From Gammaproteobacteria bacterium (lineage in GTDB: Bacteria > Pseudomonadota > Gammaproteobacteria > Ga0077536): a DNA stretch of 64,000 nucleotides. The translations under genes and the position numbers were made by a program. This document shows positions 33,648 through 43,931 of the stretch, piece after piece; position 1 is the first letter of the stretch; the number at the start of each line of letters is the position of its first letter. The stretch is from positions 832,001 to 896,000 of the forward strand of contig CAXXLL010000003.1 of the NCBI GenBank assembly GCA_963662545.2, in the 5' to 3' direction. The notes beneath the pieces were generated by a model, which did no database searches, was not told the DNA's origin, and worked only from the letters and a program-made list of their open reading frames with translations.

Positions 33648-34049
33648 TCACTGCAATTGGTCCTCGATCAGCCGGTCGTCGATGAGCCCGTAAAACATTC
33701 CGGTCGCTGTATTGCTGAACCGCCAGCCGAGGTGCTCCCGGCATTCGCGGCAGCTCGCCATCTGCCACGCATAGCCCGCAAACCAGGTATGTTCCGTAGT
33801 CGGCTCACCGCTTTCCCTGCACCCGGGCGCATCGATAAATGTCCGAAAGGAAAAGGTAAACCCATGTGGATTGATCCCGCTATGGGAAGTCTTGCCGGAA
33901 ATTTCGGTGATGAACTCTTTGCGGGTTACGAGATGGCGGCACGCTGCGCACAACAAGATCGTCCCTCGAGAAGTATCGATCTCCAAGGATGTTGCATCGG
34001 GATCGGCGGAAAAACCGCTGACGCCGCCGCTGTCGAGTAGCCTAAACAT
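33648..34049 (-). CDS. Cereblon-family (CULT domain) protein
   Basis: CAAC...CREC zinc ligands, NPHG, HTWFAGYAW, HLGWRF; start may lie further upstream (34106). Confidence 0.85.
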   Translation of the reverse strand: MFRLLDSGGVSGFSADPDATSLEIDTSRGTILLCAACRHLVTRKEFITEISGKTSHSGINPHGFTFSFRTFIDAPGCRESGEPTTEHTWFAGYAWQMASCRECREHLGWRFSNTATGMFYGLIDDRLIEDQLQ

Positions 34050-34157
34050 AATTTGTTTCCGCAGGTTAAGATCCGCGTCCAGGATGTTATCGACCTCGAT
34101 TCCCACGAATTATAGAGTGCCCGCACGGTACCGGCCCGATTCCCGGGGCAGCACGCC

Positions 34158-36125
34158 GTGAACCTGCCGGCAGCATCGCAGCGCATGCTCCTGACTGCGC
34201 TTGCAGTTCTACTTTCATGCGCAGCTTCGAGCGCACTCGCGGCCGATGAATTCGCTACTCAGCGGGAAAGCTTCGCCAAGGTACTCAAGGCCCAATCCTC
34301 GAACCGGTATACGCTCGCCCGCCAATTGGTCGTGGGCCTCGAGGAATATCCTTTATATCCCTATTTTCGGTACAACGACCTTCGCCGTCGCCTCCACCGT
34401 TTACCCGAAGGCGACGTCGCACAGTTTCTTTCAGCCTACGACAATTCCTACCTCGCCGAGCGCCTGCGTCTCGAATGGTTGAGGCAACTTGCGCGTTCGA
34501 AACGTTGGGCGATGTTTCTGCGTTTTTACCGTCCCCAAACGGGCACAAAGCTGCGTTGCCTGCACCTGAGCGCGCGCATCAAAACGGGCGCGCTGGAGGG
34601 CGTGCTGGCGGATGCTAACGCATTATGGCTGACAGGGAAGTCGCAGCCCGACGAGTGCGATCTTGCGTTCGAGCGCTTGTACGCGAGCGACCTCATGGAC
34701 GATGGCTTATTGTTGCAGCGGATCCGGCTTGCGATGGAGGACGGGAAATCCAGCCTCGCCCGATATCTGGCGTCAAAACTCGTGCATGAGCGCAATCAAC
34801 AGCGGTATGCGCTTTGGTCTACCGCACATCAAAATCCCCTCCGCGTCCTGCGGGACCGGCAGCTCGATGACGTCACCGAAACACGTGAAATCCTGATTTA
34901 CGCGCTGCAACGCCTCGCGCGCAAAAGGGTCGACACCGCGTTGCTCGCCTGGCAGGACGTGTCGAGCAGGTACAGCTTCGGCGAGCGCGAGTCCGGCCTC
35001 GCCGCGAGGACCCTCGCCATCGCCGCCGCACGCCGCAAACACGATGGTCGCATCGAACTCTTGGACGCCGTCCCGCGGCACCAGGTCGATGCCGACGTCG
35101 AGCGCTACAGACTGCGGGAAGGCATCGCCGAGAAGGCGTGGGAATGGCTCGGCCGCTGGACCCAGAGCGAACCGATTTCAGACGTGAACCGCCTGCGCTG
35201 GCGCTACTGGCGCAGCCGCGCGCTGGAAGAACTGGGGCGCACTGAGGAAGCGACGGCGATTCTCAGAGGACTCGCAAAGGAACGCGACTATTATGGCTTT
35301 TTGGCGGCGGACAAACTGGACCTCGACTATTCGCTCAACTTCAACCCGATCTCCGCCTCCGCGAGTGAACAGAGTGAATTGCTCGCGGTGCCGGGCGTCC
35401 GCCGCGCGCTTGAATTATTCCTGTTGAACCGTCGGTTTCAGGCGCGCCGCGAGTGGATCCATGAACTCTCACGCATGGACAAACGGCACCAGGAGGTCGC
35501 TGCAACCTTGGCCGCGGATTGGGGCTGGCACGATCGCGCGATTTTTTCACTTGGCAAAGCGGAGTCCTACGACGACCTTTACGTGAGATTTCCCATTCTT
35601 TACGAAGATATCGCCGCGGATTACGCCGCACGGCGAGGCCTCGCCCTCGCGCGCATTCTGGCGATCATTCGCTCGGAGAGTGCGTTCATGGCCGATGCAC
35701 GTTCCGGCGCCGGTGCGCTGGGTTTGATGCAGATCTTGCCTCGGACGGCACGCGAAACGGCCAAGCGATTAGGCATGCGATTCGAGAGCGCGAAGATCCT
35801 GTACCAGCCAAGAAAAAATATCGCAATAGGGACCGCTTATTTCAAGCAGATGCTGGACCGCTACGACGGCAACTTCGCTATGGCGGCCGCAGCGTATAAT
35901 GCGGGGCCCAATAGGGTCCGGCAGTGGCGGCGCGATAGCTGCATTACGGCGGAGCGTTGGATCGACATGATTCCGTTCACCGAGACACGCCGTTATGTCC
36001 GCCGTGCCCTGTTTTACACTGCCGTCTATGAATGGCGTCTCGAGAAAGAACGGACGAAATTGAAAACCATAATGTTCCCGGTGCCGGCGAAACGGGCGTC
36101 CAGCACTGCCGAGTGTAGGACATGA
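34158..36125 (+). CDS. slt: Soluble lytic murein transglycosylase
   Basis: Signal peptide, YPLYPY, IRSESAF, GLMQ, AYNAG, ETRRYV. Confidence 0.93.
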   Translation: MNLPAASQRMLLTALAVLLSCAASSALAADEFATQRESFAKVLKAQSSNRYTLARQLVVGLEEYPLYPYFRYNDLRRRLHRLPEGDVAQFLSAYDNSYLAERLRLEWLRQLARSKRWAMFLRFYRPQTGTKLRCLHLSARIKTGALEGVLADANALWLTGKSQPDECDLAFERLYASDLMDDGLLLQRIRLAMEDGKSSLARYLASKLVHERNQQRYALWSTAHQNPLRVLRDRQLDDVTETREILIYALQRLARKRVDTALLAWQDVSSRYSFGERESGLAARTLAIAAARRKHDGRIELLDAVPRHQVDADVERYRLREGIAEKAWEWLGRWTQSEPISDVNRLRWRYWRSRALEELGRTEEATAILRGLAKERDYYGFLAADKLDLDYSLNFNPISASASEQSELLAVPGVRRALELFLLNRRFQARREWIHELSRMDKRHQEVAATLAADWGWHDRAIFSLGKAESYDDLYVRFPILYEDIAADYAARRGLALARILAIIRSESAFMADARSGAGALGLMQILPRTARETAKRLGMRFESAKILYQPRKNIAIGTAYFKQMLDRYDGNFAMAAAAYNAGPNRVRQWRRDSCITAERWIDMIPFTETRRYVRRALFYTAVYEWRLEKERTKLKTIMFPVPAKRASSTAECRT

Positions 36126-37090
36126 CCAAACTCATCGCAGGAATACTCGGAGGGAGCGGATTCGTTGGCAGCGTTATCGCGAATCGCCTGATCAACCGCG
36201 GCTATGCGGTGAACATCTACACGCGTAAACGCGATCACGCCCGCCACTTGTGGCTGTTACCCGATACACGGATCATCGAGCTCGACCCGGCAAATCAAGA
36301 ACAACTCAACGCGGCCGTGTCGGGCTGCGCCGTGCTTATCAACATGATTGGCATCCTCAACGAAAAGCGTGACAACGGCGAGGGTTTTCACCGAGCTCAT
36401 ACGGAGATTACGGCGCGGGCGGTAAAAGCCTGTAAGTCGAACAATATTCCCCGCCTGTTGCAAATGAGTGCGATTAACGCGGACAGCTTTGCGTCGAGTT
36501 ACTATTTGCGCAGCAAAGGTGAGGCCGAAAAGCTCGTGCTCTCAGAACAAAACAGCCGGTTCAGCGCAACGATTTTTCGGCCGTCCGTTATATTCGGTCC
36601 CGGTGACAAATTCATTAATCGTTTTGCGCGGCTGCTTAAAATGAGCCCGGGGTTTTTCCCACTCGCTTGCGCTCATGCGCGTTTTCAACCCGTATTCGTC
36701 GGTGACGTCGCCGATGCCTTCCTCGAAGCGCTCGAAGAAAACGCGGCCGCCGGTCAGCGCTTTGATCTGGGCGGCCCGAATGTCATGAGCTTGCAAGAGA
36801 TAGTGAGCTATGTCGCGGCCGTTATCGACCGCCCCACTCTTGTGATACCCCTGGGACGCGGCCTGTCCAGCCTTCAGGCCAACCTGCTCGAATTTTTTCC
36901 CGGCAAGCCGTTTTCTCGGGATAACCTGCGCTCGATGCAGGAAGATTCCGTGTGCAGACCGAACAACGCTCTCGAACAGCTCGGTATTCGACCGACGCCG
37001 ATGGACCAGATCGTTCCGCAGTATCTTGGCGGTGAACGCATTCGTAATCGATATTACGGGTATCGCTCGGAAGCGCGGCGCGATGATTGA
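36122..37090 (+). CDS. Complex I NDUFA9-family NAD-dependent epimerase/dehydratase
   Basis: GGSGFVG, YLRSK, FRPSVIFG, FQPVFVGDVA. Confidence 0.87.
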   Translation: MTKLIAGILGGSGFVGSVIANRLINRGYAVNIYTRKRDHARHLWLLPDTRIIELDPANQEQLNAAVSGCAVLINMIGILNEKRDNGEGFHRAHTEITARAVKACKSNNIPRLLQMSAINADSFASSYYLRSKGEAEKLVLSEQNSRFSATIFRPSVIFGPGDKFINRFARLLKMSPGFFPLACAHARFQPVFVGDVADAFLEALEENAAAGQRFDLGGPNVMSLQEIVSYVAAVIDRPTLVIPLGRGLSSLQANLLEFFPGKPFSRDNLRSMQEDSVCRPNNALEQLGIRPTPMDQIVPQYLGGERIRNRYYGYRSEARRDD

Positions 37091-37210
37091 AAAACGGCGA
37101 AAAATCCGTCCAGATCCAGTTTCGACCCGGGAGATGATACGAGCTAGACCACTATCGCCGCCGCCCAAGACCGCAGGCGAATCGCCGGCCCCGTAAAAAC
37201 CGAGACTGCG

Positions 37211-38419
37211 ATGGAGGTCTATCAGGTAGGCGGCGCGGTAAGAGACCGCTTGCTCGGCGTCGAGATCAAGGACCGCGACTGGGTCGTTGTCGGCGCATCG
37301 CCCGACGAACTCCTCGACCAGGGCTACAAAAAAGTCGGAGCCGATTTTCCCGTCTTTCTGCATCCGGATACTGCCGAGGAATACGCGCTCGCTCGCACTG
37401 AGCGCAAGTCGGGCGCGGGATACAAGGGATTCGAGACCAAGGCTTCGCGCGAAGTTACGCTCGAGGAAGATCTGGCCCGGCGCGATCTTACCGTCAACGC
37501 CATGGCAATGGCGCCTGACGGCAGCATCATCGATCCGTTTGGAGGACGGCAGGATCTCGAAACAGGCATCTTGCGGCACGTAACCGGGGCGTTCGTCGAA
37601 GATCCGCTGCGGGTATTACGCACGGCACGTTTCGCGGCGCGGTTCAATTTCACCGTTGCGCCCGAAACGCTCGATTTGATGCGCCAGATTGCCCTATCCG
37701 GGGAGTTGTCGACGTTAACGCCGGAACGGGTGTGGAGTGAGTTGCGCCGCGCGCTCAGTGAAAAATCTCCCGCCCGATTCATCGAGGTCCTGAGGGAGTG
37801 CGAAGCAAGCCGGGTGATCTTTCCGGAAATCGATCGCCTTTTCGGTATTCCGCAGCCGGAGAAATATCACCCGGAAATCGACACCGGAGAACACATACTC
37901 CTGGCGTTAAAACAGGCGGCCCGGTGGAATACGAGTGCGATCGTACGCTTTGCGGTCCTGGTACACGACCTCGGAAAAGGGACGACGCCGAATAAAATTC
38001 TACCGTCCCATCACGGCCATGAAGAGCGCGGTGTAGCGCTCATTAACGAATTCAGCGAGCGCTTGCGGGTGCCCCGGGAATATCGCGAACTGGCCGTCCT
38101 CGTATCTAGGTTTCACACCAAGGTTCACCGTGCCCGGGAAATGAAACCGGCCACGATCCTGCGCCTGCTCGAAGGCGCCGATGCTTTTCGCAGAAGAGAA
38201 CGGTTTGCCAGCTTCCTCGAAGCCTGCACGATCGATGCCACGGGCCGCCGCGGACTCGAGGACACTGATTATCCGCAGGCCGATCGTTTACGCCAGGCGC
38301 TTGCAGTAGCGGCGGGAGTCGAGGCGCGCTCGTTGGTCGAGAAGGGTTACGACGGTGAGGAACTCGCTCTAGCGTTACATGAAGCGCGTGTGGAGGCCCT
38401 TACTCGCAGCGATAATTAA
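37211..38419 (+). CDS. cca: Multifunctional CCA-adding enzyme
   Basis: VGGAVRD, DRDW, RRDLTVNA, EDPLRVLR, HD domain. Confidence 0.96.
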   Translation: MEVYQVGGAVRDRLLGVEIKDRDWVVVGASPDELLDQGYKKVGADFPVFLHPDTAEEYALARTERKSGAGYKGFETKASREVTLEEDLARRDLTVNAMAMAPDGSIIDPFGGRQDLETGILRHVTGAFVEDPLRVLRTARFAARFNFTVAPETLDLMRQIALSGELSTLTPERVWSELRRALSEKSPARFIEVLRECEASRVIFPEIDRLFGIPQPEKYHPEIDTGEHILLALKQAARWNTSAIVRFAVLVHDLGKGTTPNKILPSHHGHEERGVALINEFSERLRVPREYRELAVLVSRFHTKVHRAREMKPATILRLLEGADAFRRRERFASFLEACTIDATGRRGLEDTDYPQADRLRQALAVAAGVEARSLVEKGYDGEELALALHEARVEALTRSDN

Positions 38420-39317
38420 TAGCGAATTCCAGTTCCTCTCCCTCCGGGTGCCCGGGAATTATAACGCCTGACCCCAATAGCTTGGACGATTCACGCTTGA
38501 GCTCGACCCGGCTGCCGTCTTCGTTTACGACGACCGAGCCGTTCGTGCTGTTGTCCGTAATAGTGCATCTGCCGCGGCTGAACTGCGCGCTCAGGTGCTG
38601 CCTCGATACCAGGTCCTTGTCGACGACGAGATCGTTTTGAGGTCCTCGTCCTATGGAGATCACCGGGCGCGCCGTGCTGAGCACAACCGACGCGTCGCCA
38701 TAGCTGAATTCCACGGAGTCGTAGCTCTGTGCATCACGCATCGGCTTTTCGCCGTTGTAGGCTGTAATGGATTCGACGTCCCAGATGATCTCGTAGAGTT
38801 CGACGTGTTCGAGCGATATGAAATCCCAGGTTTCATCGTCAACGTAACGGGCTACCGCGCGGCACAACCGCGGCAACTCGTCGATCAAGGCGCGCGTGGC
38901 AAGTGTCTGCTCTGGTTTAGCCTTACTCGCGGCCCAAGTCGCTATTTTGGTCGTTTGGCTCATCAACAACTGGGAACTCGTTGGTACGGGCCCATAATGA
39001 AGCCCGATCCGCAGACGAATGTTGCGTTCGTCGTCTTGAGCGTACTTTTCATTTAGAGTCGCATGGATATCGGATGCCGCGCTCGCGGCTTCCGTCGGAT
39101 CCGAAAACAGCGCCATGACCTCGTCCCCGACTTCGGCGATGAGGCGGCCGTGATGTTCACTAAGGTGACTTTTTAGCGTGTCCAGGCAATCGGCGACGAT
39201 TTCCCGGGCGCGCGCGTCGCCCAACGCTTCGTACAAAGCGGTGCTGCCGACTACGTCGGCGGACATTATGACTTTCGTGTCGATATCGCGCTCAGGATCA
39301 CACAGTCGGGTACTCAC
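38400..39317 (-). CDS. Class III nucleotidyl cyclase-like domain fused to an FHA domain
   Basis: ADVVGST, VGDEVM, RIGLHYG; C-terminal IGR..VSRQH..STNG. Confidence 0.82.
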   Translation of the reverse strand: MSTRLCDPERDIDTKVIMSADVVGSTALYEALGDARAREIVADCLDTLKSHLSEHHGRLIAEVGDEVMALFSDPTEAASAASDIHATLNEKYAQDDERNIRLRIGLHYGPVPTSSQLLMSQTTKIATWAASKAKPEQTLATRALIDELPRLCRAVARYVDDETWDFISLEHVELYEIIWDVESITAYNGEKPMRDAQSYDSVEFSYGDASVVLSTARPVISIGRGPQNDLVVDKDLVSRQHLSAQFSRGRCTITDNSTNGSVVVNEDGSRVELKRESSKLLGSGVIIPGHPEGEELEFAINYRCE

Positions 39318-39410
39318 CCCTCGATGCAGGCACCCCTTTTAGCCTGACCGACAATATGACGGCCATGGCACAGGTAAAAATATCATGGACTCCGATTGAC
39401 AACCAGAGAT

Positions 39411-40073
39411 TTAGGATTCGCCACCCCATATCTGTTCAAGCCTGCGATCACGCCCACAGCCGAACCGGTAATGCTTATAACGGATCGGATTAGTTACATA
39501 GAAGTCCTGGTGATAGTCCTCAGCCACGAAGAACTCGGTCGCTACAACGATTTCAGTTCGAATCGGATCCTTGAAAGGTTTGGTCTTTTCAATCTGAGCG
39601 AGCGACGCAAGAGCGGCGTCCCTTTGCGCTTCCCCGTGATAGAAAATCGCGGGCCGATATTGACTTCCTCGATCACAAAACTGGCGATCGGCTTTAGTAG
39701 GGTCGATGTTACGCCAGAAGATCTTGAGCAAGTCTTCGTAGTTGACTCGTTTGGGATCGTAGATGATTCGCACCGCTTCGGCGTGACCGGTGCTACCCGA
39801 TGAAACCTGGTGATAAGTCGGATCGTCGACATGTCCGCCCGTATAGCCCGAAGTGGTCGATATGACCCCGTCTACGACATCGAACGGTGGTTCCATGCAC
39901 CAGAAACATCCTCCGGCAAACGTCGCTACCGCGAGTTCGCCGGGCGGTTCCCCGGCAGCTAGCGTACCCTCTTCGCTGCGTCCGCCCGCAACCGCAATAA
40001 CAACGAGCAAAAGCCCGCCTGCGATGGCGGCAGCCACGAGCGGTTTGCCCGCGAATAATTTCAAAACCTGCAT
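39411..40073 (-). CDS. msrA: Peptide-methionine (S)-S-oxide reductase, exported form
   Basis: GGCFWC, HAEAV, AEDYHQ; N-terminal hydrophobic leader. Confidence 0.94.
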   Translation of the reverse strand: MQVLKLFAGKPLVAAAIAGGLLLVVIAVAGGRSEEGTLAAGEPPGELAVATFAGGCFWCMEPPFDVVDGVISTTSGYTGGHVDDPTYHQVSSGSTGHAEAVRIIYDPKRVNYEDLLKIFWRNIDPTKADRQFCDRGSQYRPAIFYHGEAQRDAALASLAQIEKTKPFKDPIRTEIVVATEFFVAEDYHQDFYVTNPIRYKHYRFGCGRDRRLEQIWGGES

Positions 40074-40204
40074 GACACCCTACCGTTTACTCTGGTTGCG
40101 TGACTATCGGACCTGTTCCGAATGCTCGAGTTGCATCGACTCGATCCGGGGCGTACAGAATCTTCGGGCCCGCTGAAAATCGATTGATATCGACCGGGCT
40201 CCGA

Positions 40205-41002
40205 TCAGACAAAATACCAAAGCAAGGCCGCGCCGAAGGCCATGCGATAAAGCACGAAGGGAGCCATCCCGACGCGTTCGACGAACGTAAGAAAAGCATG
40301 GATACAGACGAACGCGCTGACGCCCGACAATAAGACGACCGCGGCAAGATCACCCCAAGGCTGGGCGGCCGGCTTGCCTGCGAGTTGGACGATTTCGAGG
40401 CCCGACGCGAGGACGATTACGGGAATGGACAGGAGAAACGAGAAACGCGCCGCGGCCTCGCGGGTCATGCCAAGGGCGAGCGCCGCGGTGATGGTAATCC
40501 CGGATCGCGAGGTGCCGGGTATCAGCGCTATTGCCTGTGCGTACCCGATAATAAGGGCATCGCGCATTTTGAAGGAATCGAGGCCCCGTCTGCGCTCGCC
40601 GAGCCAGTCAGCCAACCACAGAGCGACGCCGAACAGAATCGTGGCCGCTGCGATCAGCTGGACCGAGCGAAGAGTCGTTGCAACGTTAACGTGGGCGAGT
40701 AATCCGACGACGCCGACCGGCAAGGTTCCGATCAAAACACCCCAAGCCAGCTTCGCCTCTCCATCCATTGCCCCCCCGGTCAACGTTCGAGTCCACGCGC
40801 TGCCGAGCATAACAATGTCGCGGCAGAAATAGAGGGTCACCGCGGCGAGACTGCCTAAATGCGCGGCGACGTCAAATGCCAATCCCTGGTCCGGCCAGCC
40901 CGTGAGCCGGGGCAGAATAATGAGGTGACCGGAACTCGAAATCGGCAGGAACTCAGTGACGCCCTGGACGACGGCCAGCACGATCAAGTGAACAGTTGCC
41001 AT
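40205..41002 (-). CDS. uppP: Undecaprenyl-diphosphate phosphatase
   Basis: QGVTEFLPISSSGH, PGTSRSG, FSFLLSIP. Confidence 0.95.
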   Translation of the reverse strand: MATVHLIVLAVVQGVTEFLPISSSGHLIILPRLTGWPDQGLAFDVAAHLGSLAAVTLYFCRDIVMLGSAWTRTLTGGAMDGEAKLAWGVLIGTLPVGVVGLLAHVNVATTLRSVQLIAAATILFGVALWLADWLGERRRGLDSFKMRDALIIGYAQAIALIPGTSRSGITITAALALGMTREAAARFSFLLSIPVIVLASGLEIVQLAGKPAAQPWGDLAAVVLLSGVSAFVCIHAFLTFVERVGMAPFVLYRMAFGAALLWYFV

Positions 41003-41015
41003 TCCCGTATCGGTC

Positions 41016-42206
41016 TCAGTTTCCGGCGAATCCGCTCAAGCGGTGTCGCTCGTCTGCGGCGAACCCGATGAGGTTTTCGGAGTAATCCGCCGCCAATGCC
41101 ATCGCCTTGCACGTCTGACCCATTGCCGATGGCAAGAGCAGACGCTTGGCTTCTTGTGCAAGCTTTAATTGATCCGCGGCATCTCGTTCCCCGTTCGCCT
41201 CGACGAATTGATCGATGCCACAAGCCAGAAGAAACCGCGTCTGTGTGGTAAAGCCCGCCACCCGTAGGCCGGCATCGACGGCCAATTCAGCCACCAAAGT
41301 AAAATCGATGGCGACCGTGATGTCCTGCGCGCCGGGATAAAGAAACGGATCGTCATGGACGCGATGCTGAAAGTGGCACTTGACCGTTCCGCTTGAGCGT
41401 GAAGGATGAAAGTATTCGTGCCGTGGATATCCATAGTCGATCAAAATAACTACGGCCCGCCTCAGAACGGAACTCAGATCAGCGAACCAGGCCTTAAGCG
41501 CCGGATTGAACTCGGAGACAAAATCATCCGGCAGCAGCACTTCCCCGTTACGCTGTCGCTCGATGCCCGTTACCTCGAGTGCCACTGAATCCAAGACGGT
41601 CCAACAAAAACTCTGCGCGTTTAACCCGACGCCGAGTTCGCGAATGAAGCCGTCTACGACGATGAACCTTTTGACCGGCATCGCGTCCAGTACCTCATTC
41701 GCGATTACGATACCGTCAGTTTCCAATGGCGCGTGTTTATCGCTCCATCTCACCCGTTCAAAGCATGCCGGCACATTGTCCCGGAGCAGCGTTTCCTGGC
41801 GACAGCGCATACGCGGGCTCGGTTCGACGATTACGTATGACGCAGGCAGGGCGTCTTGCTGCTCGAGAATTTGCAGGAGACTGCATGCCAAGCGTCCGCT
41901 GCCGCCGCCGTACTCGACGATGGATCCTCCGATCGCCTCGAGGATCTGGATGCACTGCCGGGCAAGGCAGCGGGCGAAGAGTTCGCCGCTCTCCGGCGCC
42001 GTGATGAAATCTCCGCCGGGGCCGAATATCGACGAGCTTCCCGTGTAGTAACCGAGACTCGGCTCGTACAAGGCCAGCTGCATGTAACGGTCGAATCCGA
42101 TCGCGCCGCCGGCCTTTAGGATCTCTGACCGGATAAGTGACGACAATCGGCGGGATCGTTGCAGCGCGTCCGGATCCGGATCGGGTAAAGGCGAATTTAC
42201 TGCCAT
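41016..42206 (-). CDS. SAM-dependent methyltransferase, MidA/NDUFAF7 family
   Basis: ALYEPSLGYY, GDFITAPE, EYGGGSG, ANEVLDAMP, IDYG. Confidence 0.88.
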   Translation of the reverse strand: MAVNSPLPDPDPDALQRSRRLSSLIRSEILKAGGAIGFDRYMQLALYEPSLGYYTGSSSIFGPGGDFITAPESGELFARCLARQCIQILEAIGGSIVEYGGGSGRLACSLLQILEQQDALPASYVIVEPSPRMRCRQETLLRDNVPACFERVRWSDKHAPLETDGIVIANEVLDAMPVKRFIVVDGFIRELGVGLNAQSFCWTVLDSVALEVTGIERQRNGEVLLPDDFVSEFNPALKAWFADLSSVLRRAVVILIDYGYPRHEYFHPSRSSGTVKCHFQHRVHDDPFLYPGAQDITVAIDFTLVAELAVDAGLRVAGFTTQTRFLLACGIDQFVEANGERDAADQLKLAQEAKRLLLPSAMGQTCKAMALAADYSENLIGFAADERHRLSGFAGN

Positions 42207-42327
42207 CGTCCTTTAGAACTCATTTCGAATCGATAGCCTCGCACCTGCGTATAATTTCAAGATGGAATGTCCTTCGGTCGCCGCGCTCCCCACGAAGCAT
42301 CATAAACATTCGAGGTGAAAGTACCAT

Positions 42328-42590
42328 GAACCTATCTCAAAATTGTCCGCGTGTGCGCCGGGAGCGATTTTCGCGCAGTTCAAGGCGCGAGGAGTGTAGT
42401 TTAGCACCGCTAAATGAGCGACGAGCAACGCCGAAATGCGCGAAAATCGCCTTAGGCCCCGGGTTGCGCCCTGAAAGCGCGCTGGCTTCGTTGCAGCGCT
42501 TGAACATAGAACCACTATGCTCTGCGCACTGCGCCTCGCCATCGCGCTTTCAGGGCACAACGCACATGCGGATAATTTTGAGATAGGTTC
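42328..42590. mobile_element. MITE family C (263 bp) inserted at the folM start codon
   Basis: 23-bp TIRs GAACCTATCTCAAAATTGTCCGC / GCGGATAATTTTGAGATAGGTTC; AT on both flanks. Confidence 0.85.
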
Positions 42591-43328
42591 ATGCCTGTAG
42601 AGGATCGACAGGTCGCGCTCGTGACGGGTGCCGCGAAACGCTTGGGCGCCGTTATGGCTCGCGTTTTACATAGCCGGGGTTACAGAGTCATTATCCATTT
42701 CCACCGATCGTCGAGCGCGGCGCGCGCACTCGTTGACGATCTCAATCAAATACGAGCGGATTCAGCGATCAGCGTGCAGCAGGATCTCACTGCCGAGGAC
42801 GCTGCATTAACCCTGGCTGATTCGATTCGACGAAACTGGTCCCGGCTTGACTTACTGGTCAATAACGCTTCGGTGTTTGACAAGACGCCGCTCAACGAAA
42901 TTGATGTTCCCACCTGGGAGCGCATTCAGGCAATCAATGTGCGCGCACCGTATTTTTTGTCGATTCACGCCGCCGAATGGCTTAGGCGGTCTTCGGGTTC
43001 AATCGTGAATATTGCAGACATTCACGGCGAGCGCCCGCGGCTCGAGTATTCGGCGTACTGTGCATCGAAAGCAGGAATCCTCGCTATTACTCGTTCGCTG
43101 GCAATCGACATGGCGCCGCTGGTTCGGGTGAACTGTGTTTCGCCCGGTGCAATCCTATGGGCAAACAATGAAAGCGAAGCCGTGAAAGAAAATACGATCC
43201 GCTCGACGCCGTTGCAACGACACGGCACGCCGGAGGACATCGCCGAGGCGGTGTGCTATCTCGCACAAGCGAGGTTCGTGACGGGACATACCCTTAACGT
43301 GGACGGTGGTCGTATCGTCCGCATATGA
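42591..43328 (+). CDS. folM: Pteridine reductase (SDR)
   Basis: TGAAKRLG, NNAS, YCASK, LNVDGG; near folB. Confidence 0.82.
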   Translation: MPVEDRQVALVTGAAKRLGAVMARVLHSRGYRVIIHFHRSSSAARALVDDLNQIRADSAISVQQDLTAEDAALTLADSIRRNWSRLDLLVNNASVFDKTPLNEIDVPTWERIQAINVRAPYFLSIHAAEWLRRSSGSIVNIADIHGERPRLEYSAYCASKAGILAITRSLAIDMAPLVRVNCVSPGAILWANNESEAVKENTIRSTPLQRHGTPEDIAEAVCYLAQARFVTGHTLNVDGGRIVRI

Positions 43329-43384
43329 ACCTCCGTGCACCGATGCCAACCGTCAGTAATTAGAACCCGTCCAGAAAGAAAGAT

Positions 43385-43475
43385 TCTCGCCAAGACGCAA
43401 AGATCGCAAAGAGATACGTCATTGTTATAAAAATTATACGAACTGCTTTCTTGGCGTCTTTGCGCCTTTGCGAGA
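43385..43475. repeat. Imperfect inverted repeat built from 8-nt CGCAAAGA units around an AT-rich loop
   Basis: TCTCGCCAAGACGCAAAGATCGCAAAGA ... TCTTGGCGTCTTTGCGCCTTTGCGAGA between convergent genes. Confidence 0.7.
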
Positions 43476-43502
43476 GAAATATTGGCGTTTATAGATGAAC
43501 AC

Positions 43503-43931
43503 CTACTCAAGCCCGAAACCCGGTAAAGGTGACCCGAGATACCAGCGCTTTTCGTCCTCGTCGTACCACCAGTGCTGCTCGTCGCGTAAAGTGTGGATTA
43601 CACCGGAATCGAGTTCGTAATATTCGATCATTGCGATGACCCGCGCTTCCTTGCCATTGTCGGCGATTAATTGATCACCCATATTGTAATTAGTCACTCG
43701 ATAGAGGGCGATGCGATCGAGGTCGGGCGAGGCTAGCGATCCGTCGCTGGCGCGAAGGTATTTAGCGGCTTCATCGTAGTATCCCCAGCGAATCATTTTC
43801 CGGTAAATCGATAGGCTGGCGTCGAGTGATATCGAACGTTTTTGAGTCGCTATCGAGGGAAGCGAGGTACACGATACGAGCGCGAAGGCGAGAATTATCA
43901 GAATCAGGTGGCGGAACACTGATTTCAGCAT
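43503..43931 (-). CDS. Hypothetical lipoprotein
   Basis: MLKSVFRHLILIILAFALVSC lipobox; YRKMIRWG and WWYDEDEKRWYL. Confidence 0.7.
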   Translation of the reverse strand: MLKSVFRHLILIILAFALVSCTSLPSIATQKRSISLDASLSIYRKMIRWGYYDEAAKYLRASDGSLASPDLDRIALYRVTNYNMGDQLIADNGKEARVIAMIEYYELDSGVIHTLRDEQHWWYDEDEKRWYLGSPLPGFGLE

